Source: Phoronis australis (taxonomy: Eukaryota > Animalia > Phoronida). From it: 64,000 bases of DNA. Below are positions 22,895 through 34,299 of this stretch, piece after piece (the stretch's first letter is position 1; every line of letters begins with the position of its first letter). A program made the position numbers and the translations under genes. The notes under the pieces were generated by a model. The model did not search any database, was not told the DNA's origin, and worked only from the letters and a program-made list of their open reading frames with translations. Location of the stretch: positions 62,001 to 126,000 of the forward strand of contig NMRA01000541.1 in the NCBI GenBank assembly GCA_002633005.1, given 5' to 3'.

Positions 22895-25200
22895 CAGTTT
22901 AGCCACTGAATTTTTAGACTTCGTCCGAGCTACCTCACACCTGGCCAGATCGGAGCGCAACCGGAACACAGGCGTGACAGAAATCTGTCACGGTAGCCTC
23001 ACGCCTAGTATCCGGGTAGTCCCTACGCTTACCTCCGGTTTAGATAACGCCTTCCTAACGCCTTGTTCACGCTTTTTTCGCGCCTCCGTCACGCTAATGC
23101 CACGCTTTCTTCACGCCTTCGGTAGCTGTGGTAACCATGGTAGGGCCCCGGGCTAATCAGTAAAAATACATGTAACGTCTTGATTGCCTGTCGTTTCGGT
23201 CAAGTTGCAAAGATATCATAGTATGTTATAGAGTATCTTTGCAAGAAGTCATCCATCTCCCTTGGGATCCGGCTAACTCTGTAACTCCACGTGTTGTTCA
23301 TACAAACGTCTTCCTTCAGCTCGCCTTGTGTTACACTTACATGTACATGTTTGTCAGATGATTGACTGTGGGTTTGTTTAAAAGGTAGCTATGCTTAGAG
23401 ATCGTGCGTAGATGGAGATTGAATAACCAAATCCACTAATTAATTTATTATATGATAACCCCTAATTAGACAAATGAACCCTATTGTTAATTAAGTAATC
23501 AACTACAAAGAGTAACTACGCTAGCGCCCTCTTTAAAGATTACTTTAATCAAACAACCAAAACCATCAAATGTCTTATCTGCTATCCAACCTAGGACTCT
23601 CCACTTGTTGGATGTCTGTCCTGTTGGTGAATCTTTGAACTACACACACAGTATAGCGACAGTGTACTTGCTGGTCATCGTCTCTGGTGATGCAACACTT
23701 GCAGGCAATTTCTTCTACCCGCGACTCTTCTTGCTGGTCACAGTCTCTGGCTGATGACGCAACACTCCAGGTAGTATCTTACTACCCACGATGCAAGTGA
23801 CAAGCTCTTAGTTAACTTCCTGTTCGTTAACCCATGCCCTTGCCAAGATCCTTTCTAGTATCTTCCACGAGATGGCTCTGTCGTACAATTGCTTCTGTAC
23901 ACTGTATCAAGTCTTTATGCTTCAACTACTATAGCGCATCTAATTATGTTGTTGATTTCAGCCCATAATATAACTTTGTACTTATTTAGTGATTGGCTAA
24001 TAAAAACCACCTGATCATATCCTCTCATATTATTGGTTGTTACAATTTGTTCTCACAATATTCTAGAATCTCTAGAGTACTTTTACCCCAGAACCCAAAG
24101 TTGCAAACACCATCTAAAAATAAATTCTGACGTTAAAATACATGTCAACAAGTCTGAACCCATGATTTAAAAGCACATATGCACACATTTTGGGCAACTT
24201 TAAATGGATCTGTTCTTACTAATTACTTAATCAATATTTATTCTGACAATGTTCAATCTACAACATAGGAGCCAGTCCCATCAACGGCATACATGTACAG
24301 TAATCACGGTTAGTAATTACGAATAAACGCGACCCTGTGCCCAAAGTCATCTTTACATGGCTGTGGTCTCCTTGAAACTTGTCACAGGTGGATATAGTTA
24401 ATTCGCCCTAAAATAGCCTACGCATCTTTTGAAGTATTGTGTCACTCCGTAAATTTTTGCACCGCACTGTCGTGCAGAAAATTTCAATAGGCCGACCGTC
24501 TGACATACCCACCCCTTACTGCAAGCAAATGTTTTGACTTAAATGTCCTGAATCCGTAGTGCAGTTCAATTATTTTTAGCCCACTCTCCGTAGTACATGC
24601 GTTTCGACAGTATCCCCGAGGTACTTCTTCACTAGAATAATAATAGCGGTCATCTGTTTCACTCGTCAAATGCATGGGCGTGATCAGTTTTCTCTACATG
24701 ATGCCGGCACTTGGGATCAATGTGCTCAGAATAGACATGCTATGCTCCTTCATATCGTGAAGGCAATTGAATAATTCCGCCGTGTACATGCGTGTTAACA
24801 TTCTTTATTAATTTATTTAAAAAACAAATAATTATATAAAAGTGAAAAGTAAAGTCCACAGGTCTGTTTTCTGAAGTGACTTAAGATTTGAGACGGAAAT
24901 TTTGGTCTTTTACTGCACGTGACGATTTCAAAAAAAATAAACCTAACATGAGCAAAAGTCTATGAAAATACACATATTACTGCTAGTTACTGATGTAATT
25001 TTAATAAATTACTTTATCATCTGCGATGCAGGTAAACTCCCGCCTAACTCACGGTAAGCTCCGGGTGCAGTCACGCTTAGGCTCACGCCAGCTGTCACGG
25101 TTGATTCACGCCTCACTCTCCGGTCTGTCTCCGGTTACGGTCACGGGTGGCTAGACCGGAGAGACACCGGAGAGAGTCTAATAATTCAGTGGCTGTACTG
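22895..25200. mobile_element. Non-autonomous TA-TSD TIR element 'Y' containing a solo LTR
   Basis: TA|CAGTTTAGCCACTGAATTTTTAGACT ... AGTCTAATAATTCAGTGGCTGTACTG|TA (26 bp, 3 mismatches); subterminal CACG/CCGG motif arrays. Confidence 0.85.
23352..24248. mobile_element. Solo LTR (897 bp) with 5-bp TSD ATGTT
   Basis: TGTCAG...CTGACA termini; atgtt on both flanks; second copy at 25471-26351. Confidence 0.88.
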
Positions 25201-25470
25201 TATGTTCACAATTGTCTATTCTTTACAGGAGGTTTGGTCCCCACCGAAGATAACGAGGTTGAATGCATTACCTGTACCAATTATAGAATGAGTTGATTCA
25301 CAGACAACGAGGACAGAAGTGGAAATGAGCATTTACAAGTTCAAATCATATAAGTCTCCTGATTTAGTAGATTGTCTTTGTAGTGAAATATTGAAACAGA
25401 GACAGTGACCCCGGTAACAAAATTTTTGGTGTGGTGTCTTAAACACAGGGTTAGATGTGTAGTCAGTGTA

Positions 25471-26351
25471 TATCAGAGATTGACGATGGGTTTGTTTAAA
25501 AGGTAGCTATGCTTTGTGTGTGGATGGAGAGTGAATAATTAAACCCAGTAATTAATCTATTATATGATAACATCTAATCAGACAAGTGAAACCTGTTGTT
25601 AATTAAGTAATGAACTAAAAAGAAGAGTAACTACTTTAGCGCCCTCTTTAAAGATTACTTAAATCAACCAACCAAAATAATCAAATGTCTTATCTACTAT
25701 CCAAGCTAGGACTCTCCACTCGTTGGGTGTCTGTCGTGTTGTTGAATCTTCGAACTACCCACGCACTGTATAGAAACAGTGTACTCGCTGGTCACCGTCT
25801 CTGGTGATTCAACACTTTCAGGCAATTTCTTCTACCCGCGACTCTTCTTGCTGGTCACAGTCTCTGGCTGATGACGCAACACTTCAGGTAGTATCTTACT
25901 ACCCACGATGCAAGTGACAAGCTCTTAGTAAACTTCCTGATCGTTAACCCTTGCCCTTGCCAAGATCCTTTCTAGAATCTTCCACGAGATGGCTCTGCCG
26001 TACAATTGCTTCTGCACACCGTAGCAAGTCTTTATGCTTAAACTACTATAGCGCATCTGATTATCTTGTTGATTTCAGCCCATAATCTAACATTCTACTT
26101 ATTTAGTGATTGGCTAATAAAAACCGCATGACCATATCCAATCATATAATTGGCTGTTACATTTTGTTCTCCAGAATTTTCTAGAATCTCTAGAGTACTT
26201 TGACCCCAAAACCCATCTAAAAATAGATTTTGACGTTAAAGTACATGTCAACAAGTCTGACCCCGTGATTTAAAAGTACATATGCACACATTTTGGGCAA
26301 CTTAAAATGGATCAATCCTTACCAATTACTCAATCAATGTTTATTCTGACA
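25471..26351. mobile_element. Second solo LTR of the same family, same orientation
   Basis: Colinear with 23352-24248; TATCAGA..TCTGACA ends; flanks gtgta/atata (possible diverged TSD). Confidence 0.8.
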
Positions 26352-26429
26352 ATATAGATTAGTCTATTTAGTGTTTGCACTTTTTAGCTTTCAGCTTCTA
26401 CGACTACCTAGTCCTCTGAAACGAATTAG

Positions 26430-27140
26430 GAAGGCATGTGTAAGACCCGCCATGGTGGCCTTATACTATTTCTAATCAAGACTCTAGCAGTACCTACTCG
26501 TTTTACACCATGGTAACTGCGCACCATGTGGCCCCAGTCTAAATTTTGCTAGGGATCTCAGAAGAGGTTAGGCCTAAAGGTGCAATTTGCATGACCCATC
26601 GGGGTATGGATATGCTCTGGCGTTCACCAACCTAACTCCCAGCTATGGGCAAATTGCACCCTTAATTGGTTGGGCTCGAGGCTTACTATCTTGTCCTGTA
26701 AAAAACAAGCTCTTGTGACTGAGTGGACGTAGTGTCTTTCAGCTGCTCTCCGCATCCCTCGCACTAAACGGTCAGAAGAACTGCATAGAGCTGCAGATGG
26801 AGCCGACCCCCATCAGAAGTGTTTCGTGATTACTTTACTTGTCCTATGTACTCAATGTTCAGAAGGGCAGGAGACTACATATTGTCTTCATGGTCAGGGG
26901 TACGAGAGAGGTCACTCCCTTATGCCACATCGTATCAGTGAACATACCGGTGAGTGGCAGCTTACCGATTCTAAACCATCAACTCATCGGCGTCGGGTAG
27001 GCGTCAGGGGACACGCATGACGGTGGGAGGTATCACTTAACTCTCATTCGTCAGTTGCCGCCCGCATCAAGCCTGGCAGCCCCAGGCCAGTAGAGAACTG
27101 AACCGCCTCGAACTGACTTTTCTTGAACAAGCATGATGAC
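26430..27140 (-). mobile_element. Possible RTE-type LINE 5' UTR fragment
   Basis: GC-richer, structured, non-coding block; the minus-strand stretch gatccctagcaaaatttag..ggggccacatggtgcgcagt resembles RTE 5' UTRs from recall only. No ORF2 follows. Confidence 0.3.
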
Positions 27141-27249
27141 TTATGTTTGTTACTAAAAACTTGTTTCTGAAACTTAAGTTTTCCAAAACTGAAGTATTTT
27201 GGAACAAGTTTTTTGGAACGAACTTAAGTTTTAAAAACTTAAGTTTTTG

Positions 27250-27677
27250 AAACAGGTGCCTATATGCCAAGTTTAACAAAAATCTGTAGACGATCTTTAA
27301 AGATACAGAGGTAAATGTAAAAAAATAATTGCCACTAGGGGGCACAATGGTTGTCAAATCCATCCGAAATTTGTTCTCTTCTGTCGTCATCTTCATATGA
27401 ACCCATCTGTCAAATTTGGTGAAGATACTTTGAGGGGTTCAGGAGATGCAGCTGCGGACGCTGGACGCCCAGACAGAGATGAAGGCAATTTGCACCCACA
27501 TATAGTTATGTGGGCGCTTAGAAATGCGACCTCTATGAGCATTTGAATTTGACTTCGAAAACAAAATAGCCAACACGTCCGCCATTTTGAATCTGATCAT
27601 GATGAACGACCTTAGGCTCCTATCACTTCGGAGACTAGAAATTGTGGGTGAATCTTGTGCCAATTGGGACAAATAGT
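27250..27677 (-). repeat. HINE/Helentron-like repeat fragment; inverted copy of 33013-33330
   Basis: 27350-27677 is the reverse complement of 33013-33330 (visible as near-identical spurious ORFs 27439- and 32947+). Confidence 0.7.
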
Positions 27678-28341
27678 GGCCAAAACCATTGAGTTAACTC
27701 GTCGGCCACGCGCATTGTGATACTTGCACGGGCTGCGTTTCCTAGCCGAGTGTGTGTTGTGCTTCAATCAAGAAAGTGCGTGATGTCAAAATGAGAAACA
27801 AGATACGCCATTTAATGTAATAAAGTTCTATGTTAAGGGCTAAAATGAGCCGTCAGTTGAATTAAGTTACAAATAAGCATTAAAATACTAACTTTAACGT
27901 TCTCAATTAGTTGAGTTTTGGATTAGAATTATTGAATTTGAAATATAGGTTGCTTGCTCAAACTCGAAGTTTCACCCACGTCAGGCGTACAAGTTGAAGC
28001 ACAACTGAAATCCGCCATGTTTACTATTTCAGGTCCTTGATTCAGAGTTTTGAGATTGTTTTGGAAATTCCATCGCCACTTCACCACTCACGAACAAGAC
28101 AGTTAATGGGATCTAGGAAAGATAAAGCTTCGAATGTTTATGCAATACCAGGCTAAGGGAGGTGCACGCAGATTTTATTTGGATTTTGGACGGTTGAAGT
28201 TGGGAGCCTCGGCTAAACAGATTTCGATTGTCCAACCTTTATGTTTTCGTACATATATATTGTGACGTCATTTGCGATAAACCCAAGCGCCTGTGTTACT
28301 ACAATGCGCGTGGCCGACGAGTTAACTCACTGGTTTTGGCC
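27678..28341. mobile_element. MITE, 664 bp, ~41-bp TIRs (GGCCAAAACCA..GAGTTAACTCGTCGGCCACGCGCATTGT)
   Basis: Near-perfect inverted termini; no clean TSD; interior partly repeated at ~28605-28855. Confidence 0.85.
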
Positions 28342-29307
28342 AAAAGTAAAACCTTCATAAGAAATAACAGTACACAAAGACTTCGCATATCAATACAGTA
28401 TCAGGATAATTTATATTTGACACAAATATGTGAGTAATTACATTTATCTGGCAATAAAGAGCTCTCTGCTCAGTTCTCATGATCAAGTAGTCGAGGGATT
28501 GACGATGAAAGCCGCGCGAAATTAGATATTCGTATTTACATGTAGCTCGGGAGCGTCCGTCAAAAACCCGGATGTGCGAAGACCGTCTGCCATGACATCA
28601 CGGAATCAGGTCCTTGAATTTGTGATTTTGGCATTCTTTTGGCATTGTTGTCGCCAAATCACCACTCGAAGGCAATTTGAAGAGATCAAATGAAAGAAGG
28701 TATTCTAAGAGTTGTTTGATGCTAGTTTCGTGGAGTTCCATGCACATTTGAGTAGAAAATTTTTAGGAAACAGATTTCGAGTGTCCAACCTTTATGTTTT
28801 CTTATATATATATTATCGAGTAACGTCATTTGCGATAAACCCAAGCGCTTGTGATTTAAACCATGTCACAAACTCTTGTGATCTGCTCTTGCAGCTCAAC
28901 AAAATTTACAACCTAATTACAGTATTGCCTTGAGTCAAAGGGAGGCTTAGTTCTTTTAATATTCTCTTAAGCTATTGAAAACAAATCTGAGGTGACACAA
29001 CAAGATAATTTCAACCAAGCGTATGGGTCATTCCATTGTTATAACCACCATTTGTTACTTATGTTGAAATGCTTAACCTGCTAGGTTGTGTTTGAAGGAT
29101 GCCTGGCTGTGCCAGTAACACAACTTGGATGAGTAAAACAAGGGGCAACTTTTACAATCGAGCTTTTGATCTATCTGTGAGGCCATAATTATACTTGGAA
29201 GTATGACTGAGATTTCCATGGTGTTTTGCTACCATAATCATTATATCCACTTAGAAGTTGGTTTGCAGGTCACGTGAGTTCTAAAGCGGTTAAATGCTAG
29301 TACTTTT

Positions 29308-29562
29308 NNNNNNNNNNNNNNNNNNNNNNNNNNNNNNNNNNNNNNNNNNNNNNNNNNNNNNNNNNNNNNNNNNNNNNNNNNNNNNNNNNNNNNNNNNNNN
29401 NNNNNNNNNNNNNNNNNNNNNNNNNNNNNNNNNNNNNNNNNNNNNNNNNNNNNNNNNNNNNNNNNNNNNNNNNNNNNNNNNNNNNNNNNNNNNNNNNNNN
29501 NNNNNNNNNNNNNNNNNNNNNNNNNNNNNNNNNNNNNNNNNNNNNNNNNNNNNNNNNNNNNN
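29308..29562. other. Assembly gap (255 N)
   Basis: Run of N. Confidence 1.
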
Positions 29563-30791
29563 GGGGCGTAGGCGCACGTCAAGGCGCAGGTAACCACCCT
29601 TTTGCCTTTCAATGTAGCACCTACCCACTGTAAGTTACGGTAGAGTGGACCGTAAGCACACGTAGTTGACGCCAACAACCTTTTTACATTTTACCGCAGC
29701 AACCGCCGTTTTTCACTGTGACGTAGCGTCTACGCACCGTGATGGAATGTGGGGCGTAGTCTCGATATGATACTTTACAGCACCAATGCACCGAATATTT
29801 TGGCGCGCGTGATCACCAGGCATGTTCGCCGAGTAATGGAACTTTTATTAATTCAAGATAAAAAACAGCTACGGTGTCACACGTACCATAGGTGGATAAA
29901 GGGGGTGGCGAAGGCCCCCGTGGACACACCCCATGGGCAACTAAAAGGCGCCGCCAGCTTTTGGGCATTACACTCCAATTCCTTTATGATTGTGCATGGG
30001 CCCCCTTCATAGACCGCTTGGAATGCACGTGGACCTTTGCCTCCAGATATGTGTGGTTTCACCCTCTTTCTCCTACATCCAAGATCCACCACTGTATACT
30101 GTATGTGCATAACCACTCGTGAGTCAAAAATAAGCCCACATATTTGTGATTCAGGTTTTGTGAGTTCAATGAACTTTAAACTCAGCTGTATTGAATTTAT
30201 GACAAAACAATGAATTTCCAAAATATATTTTCTATCTTCAAATAATGAAGAAGCCTAGCTAGCCCTATTTACCAAATTGTACAAATTAATGCCTTCACAC
30301 ATGCGCGCACACAACATCAATTTTTGCACCATTTGCTTTGGTTATGCAACTGAAACAAAAAAATCACCTGGTCACATTTAATTCCAGTTAAATCGAGTGG
30401 AATTAAATTGTCCCACGGTATAATTTACAAGAACAAACAACCAGGCCTTTTGTTTGCTCTTTGCCCGAACATAACTAAGACCTTAACCACTGTGGGAACA
30501 ATTCAATATATGTCATTGGTTATCTCTTTGGAAATATTGTAGATAATTGGTATAACAGCTGCCATAGCTGACAATGGATACCTGACCTACCTAATAATAG
30601 GACAGATCATATCCCAGTCCCAACACTGCTCTGTTGACTAGAAGGAGTCTGAACAAAAGATAGAGGAAACAGGGTCATGGACAGTGTTAACTTTTATCCC
30701 TGCAATAGAGGTCTTTTCATAATGGCATGGTCTAAAGTATAAATGAGACCAAGAAAGCAACTAAGATTTGGTGGACAAAAATCCACAACTA

Positions 30792-32801
30792 CCGTATTTG
30801 CCCTAATAAGCGCCCGAAATTGCCCCAATAAGTGTTTTCAGATTTCGTTAAAATAAGCGCCCAGCCCATGCACGTGTGCCTTACGTAGATTTCTTAAATT
30901 CTGCAGTTACATCTTCAATTTATCAATAATATCCGACAGTCCTGAAAAAATCATAGTGTGCACCAAATTTCTAGACCACAAGCCTCGCTGCAGTGTCAGT
31001 ATTTCAAGTTAGCCGTGAATATACACTTCAAACTTCTGCAGTGTTTCAAAAAGAATTACCGTATTCGCCGTAATAACAGCCCATGCCCCTATAAGCGCCC
31101 CCCACGCGTTTTCAGACTTTGCTGAAATAAGCGCCCAGTCCATGAACGCGTAAATGCGAACAATGATGTACCTACAGTCCTAAAACTCGGTTACAGTAAA
31201 ATCTTCAATTTATCAAAAATAATTTTGCTCGGGTCTTCTAGACCACCAGTGGCACTGCTACGTTTGTATTTAGCCGTGACTTTACACTTCAAAGTAACGC
31301 AGCGCTTCAAAAAGAACGCAACGGCGTTCTACGCTCTCGCGACGACCGTGTCCCACTATGGTCTGACCTTTCAGTAGACACATCGACTGTCCCATGAATA
31401 AAAATGATTCGGTGTTAAACGCACGTGGCCAGGAAGCTCGCGCTACATACATTTACCTGTCATCAAAGACATTAGTCGGGAACTATCCATTCATGAAACG
31501 GGTAGCATAGCATCGATAAGAAATGAATATTGGCACTATTCTATTTTCCGACAATTTCTAATATTATTTTTGAGATGGATTAACCATAATTATTGGTGTT
31601 TTTAAGCCGAATATCCGATAAAATGACAACTGACAGTGAATGCTTGCACACCCTTACACCGAAAAATAACTGTCAGATAGTTCCGTACCCATCCAGTTAC
31701 ACGGCGACTAATATGGGCCTTACCGAGACAAATGTCGAAAGTTTTTAGCACGAGACCGGCAAGTGCTGAATGAAACACGCTCTGGTTTAGGCCTACTGCT
31801 TGTGCAAATTTCTTTAGACACATCTAGCATAGATTGCATGGCTCTGGCCAAAAGACGGAACTGTAGTGACACACACGCGCTTGCTTACTCGCAGACGAAC
31901 TTCAAAACAAACGTCACGTGACAACAACATGTGAGTTCGTCCAAACATTTTTCTCGCCGTGTTGCCGATCATACATGTAGCTGGCACGATCTTGCACAGA
32001 TTTGTACTTAAACCTGCCATTAATCCAGACTCCACGGAAACTAAAAAAATCTAAGAGACGCTACTTATGAAACTTAATGAGGATTTCAGGTAATTTGCTT
32101 GAGTCGAAACCATTTATATTTAAGCATTGAAGTCATCATATCGAAGACGGCGATTTCGAGGCAGTCAGTCGGCGAGATTTTGCCCTGGGATTTCAGCACA
32201 ATTTTCTGTAAAATGATCGTAATTTAGCAGCAAAGTTTGATAGCAATGCAGCACAGTTTTGTTGAAAGTCTTTCATATATTACATATACGTCACAGAGTG
32301 TAAATTTGAGATGAATCTTAGCTTCCGATTTCACTCGTTTCGGAGACCGGGTTTCACCGCCTTGGGTTATAATAAGCGCCCCCCCCGAACCGAACTTTTC
32401 TAAGCACCCTGGGCGGTTATTACGGCAAATGCGGTAATTTAAACATTTTGCAGATCTCACGAGCTATGTGTCCTACTATGGTCTGGCTTTTCAGAACAGA
32501 CACAGTGTACTTATCAACGGAAGTGAATCTCGCTATGAGTCGGCAACTTTTCGCCCTGGGATTTCTCCACAATTTTCTGAAAAAGGATCGTAATTTAATG
32601 AAGTTTGATGGCAATATACCACAATTTTGTGGAAAGTCGATCTGCCGTAGGCTACAGACACGATAAATTTGATAAATCCTAGCTTCGAATCTCACCTGTT
32701 TGGGACACTGTGTTTCAACAGACTTATGCTCCAATAAGCACACCCTCTCTCCTGAAACAAATTTTTCTAAGCGCCCTAGGCGCTTACTAGGGCTAATACG
32801 T
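30792..32801. mobile_element. pogo/Tc2-like non-autonomous element (outer)
   Basis: TA|CCGTATTTGCCCTAATAAGCGCC ... GGCGCTTACTAGGGCTAATACG; right end degenerate. Confidence 0.7.
31059..32434. mobile_element. pogo/Tc2-like non-autonomous element (inner), related to the outer one
   Basis: TA|CCGTATTCGCCGTAATAAC ... GTTATTACGGCAAATGCGG|TA; internal blocks are paralogous to the outer element (31110-31315 vs 30832-31055). Confidence 0.8.
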
Positions 32802-33012
32802 TGTGTACAAATGAGACCAACATAGCAACTTGGATTTAGTGGACAGAAAGTCGTAACTATATAGCTGTCCATTAAGTTAAAAGCAGCCATTGACAACCCC
32901 TCCCATTGTTTGATTAGGTTAATTTACCTAATTACATGGCAAATTATTGTATCTGCCATCAACTGAAACTTCATCAAGTTTTTTTTTGTCTGCACTCTAC
33001 ATACACAGGTTG

Positions 33013-33985
33013 CACTATTTGTCCCAATTGGCACAAGATTCACCCAGAAGTGATAGAAGCCTAAGGTCGTTCATCATGATCAGATTCAAGATGGCGGACG
33101 TGTTGGCTATTTTGTTTTCAAAGTCAGATTCAAATGCTCATAGAGGTCGCATTTCTATGCGCCCACATACCTATATGTGGGTTCAAATTGTCTTCATCTC
33201 TTTCTGGGCGTTCAGCGTCCGCAGCTGTATCTCCTGAACCCCTCAAATTATCTTCACCAAATTTGACAGATGGGTTCATATAAATATGACGACAGAAGAG
33301 TACAAATTTCGGACGGATCTGACTACCAAGTAAAGGTATTTTGCGCCACCTTATAACCATTTCCACTGTTTTTTGGCATCCGCCTATCTATCAACCAAAC
33401 TGCTCTTAAAAATGATTGAAAAACTTGGCATGCATGTATTTTCTTACTAGGAAGAGAAAGCCTGACGATGATTTTCTGATTAATCTGGCTACTGTGGCAC
33501 CTCCTAGTGGCAGTTTATTGGTGACATGATTCTATCTCCCTATTTTCCAAATTATTTGAGGCATTTTGCGCCACCTAGTGTCCATTTATGTTTTTTCCAA
33601 TCGGTTTTTTGGCATCTGCTCCTCTATCAACTAAACCATTCTAAGGATTATTGTGAAAATTGATATATCTGTTCTCAGTATGAAGAGTATGGCTGACTAT
33701 GACGACTAACTACTGTGGCGCCTCCTAGAGTTTTTGCGCCTATATCTATATGTCCTAAGGATCTTAATTAAATTTAGCAAGTGTATTCATATCATGTTGA
33801 GAACAGATATTGACAATTTTCAGGTGCATTGCCCATTAGTGGCCATTCCATTTTTTCCGGTCTTCCTTTGTTTCTCTATAGTTTCTTGACAGATTTTTAT
33901 GGAAATTGGTAAATACTTTCCATTGAAGAAACGATGTTTCTGTTTGCGAGGAGTTGACATATTTTGCGCCATCTGTGATGCCCAA
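33013..33985 (+). repeat. HINE/Helentron-like element with internal tandem units, 3' truncated
   Basis: Repeated gcgccacctagtg/cctcctagtggc units shared with 53229-53567 and 58481-59860. Confidence 0.65.
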
Positions 33986-34002
33986 ATGCTTCAAAAATTT
34001 TC

Positions 34003-34222
34003 GCTCTCCGGATGCCTTTCGGCGGGCGGGGCGCTCTTTATTAATATAGGAGGGCCCCGCACTCCAACAGCCTTTCGGCGGGGCCGGAGAGCGGGGCCCA
34101 CTATATTAATATAGGAGGGCCCCGCTCTCCTGCCTCCATTCGGCGGGGCCATCCTATATTAATAAAGACGGCCCCGCTCTCCGGCCACCTTTCGGCGGGG
34201 GCCCCGTATATTAATATAGGGA
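34003..34222. repeat. GC-rich minisatellite, about 4 units of 50-65 bp with a palindromic TATATTAATATA core
   Basis: Repeated ctctcc..tttcggcgggg..tatattaatataggagggccccg. Confidence 0.85.
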
Positions 34223-34299
34223 ACCTCGCTTTTGAGGTCCGAAATTCAATTTTTTGCCTATATCATTTTAATAAGAATAAGTCATTTGAAATAATAAGC

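Noticed and set aside
23352-26351. Single small LTR element (TRIM-like) with two 0.9-kb LTRs
   Set aside because: The first LTR has its own TSD, and the spacer contains the right TIR of element Y; no PBS or PPT seen.
29241-29678. Long ORFs spanning N runs (also 51936-52520)
   Set aside because: Artefacts of translating assembly gaps.
27439-33237. Near-identical ORFs at 27439(-) and 32947(+) as paralogous genes
   Set aside because: They are chance frames within an inverted non-coding repeat, with non-ATG starts.
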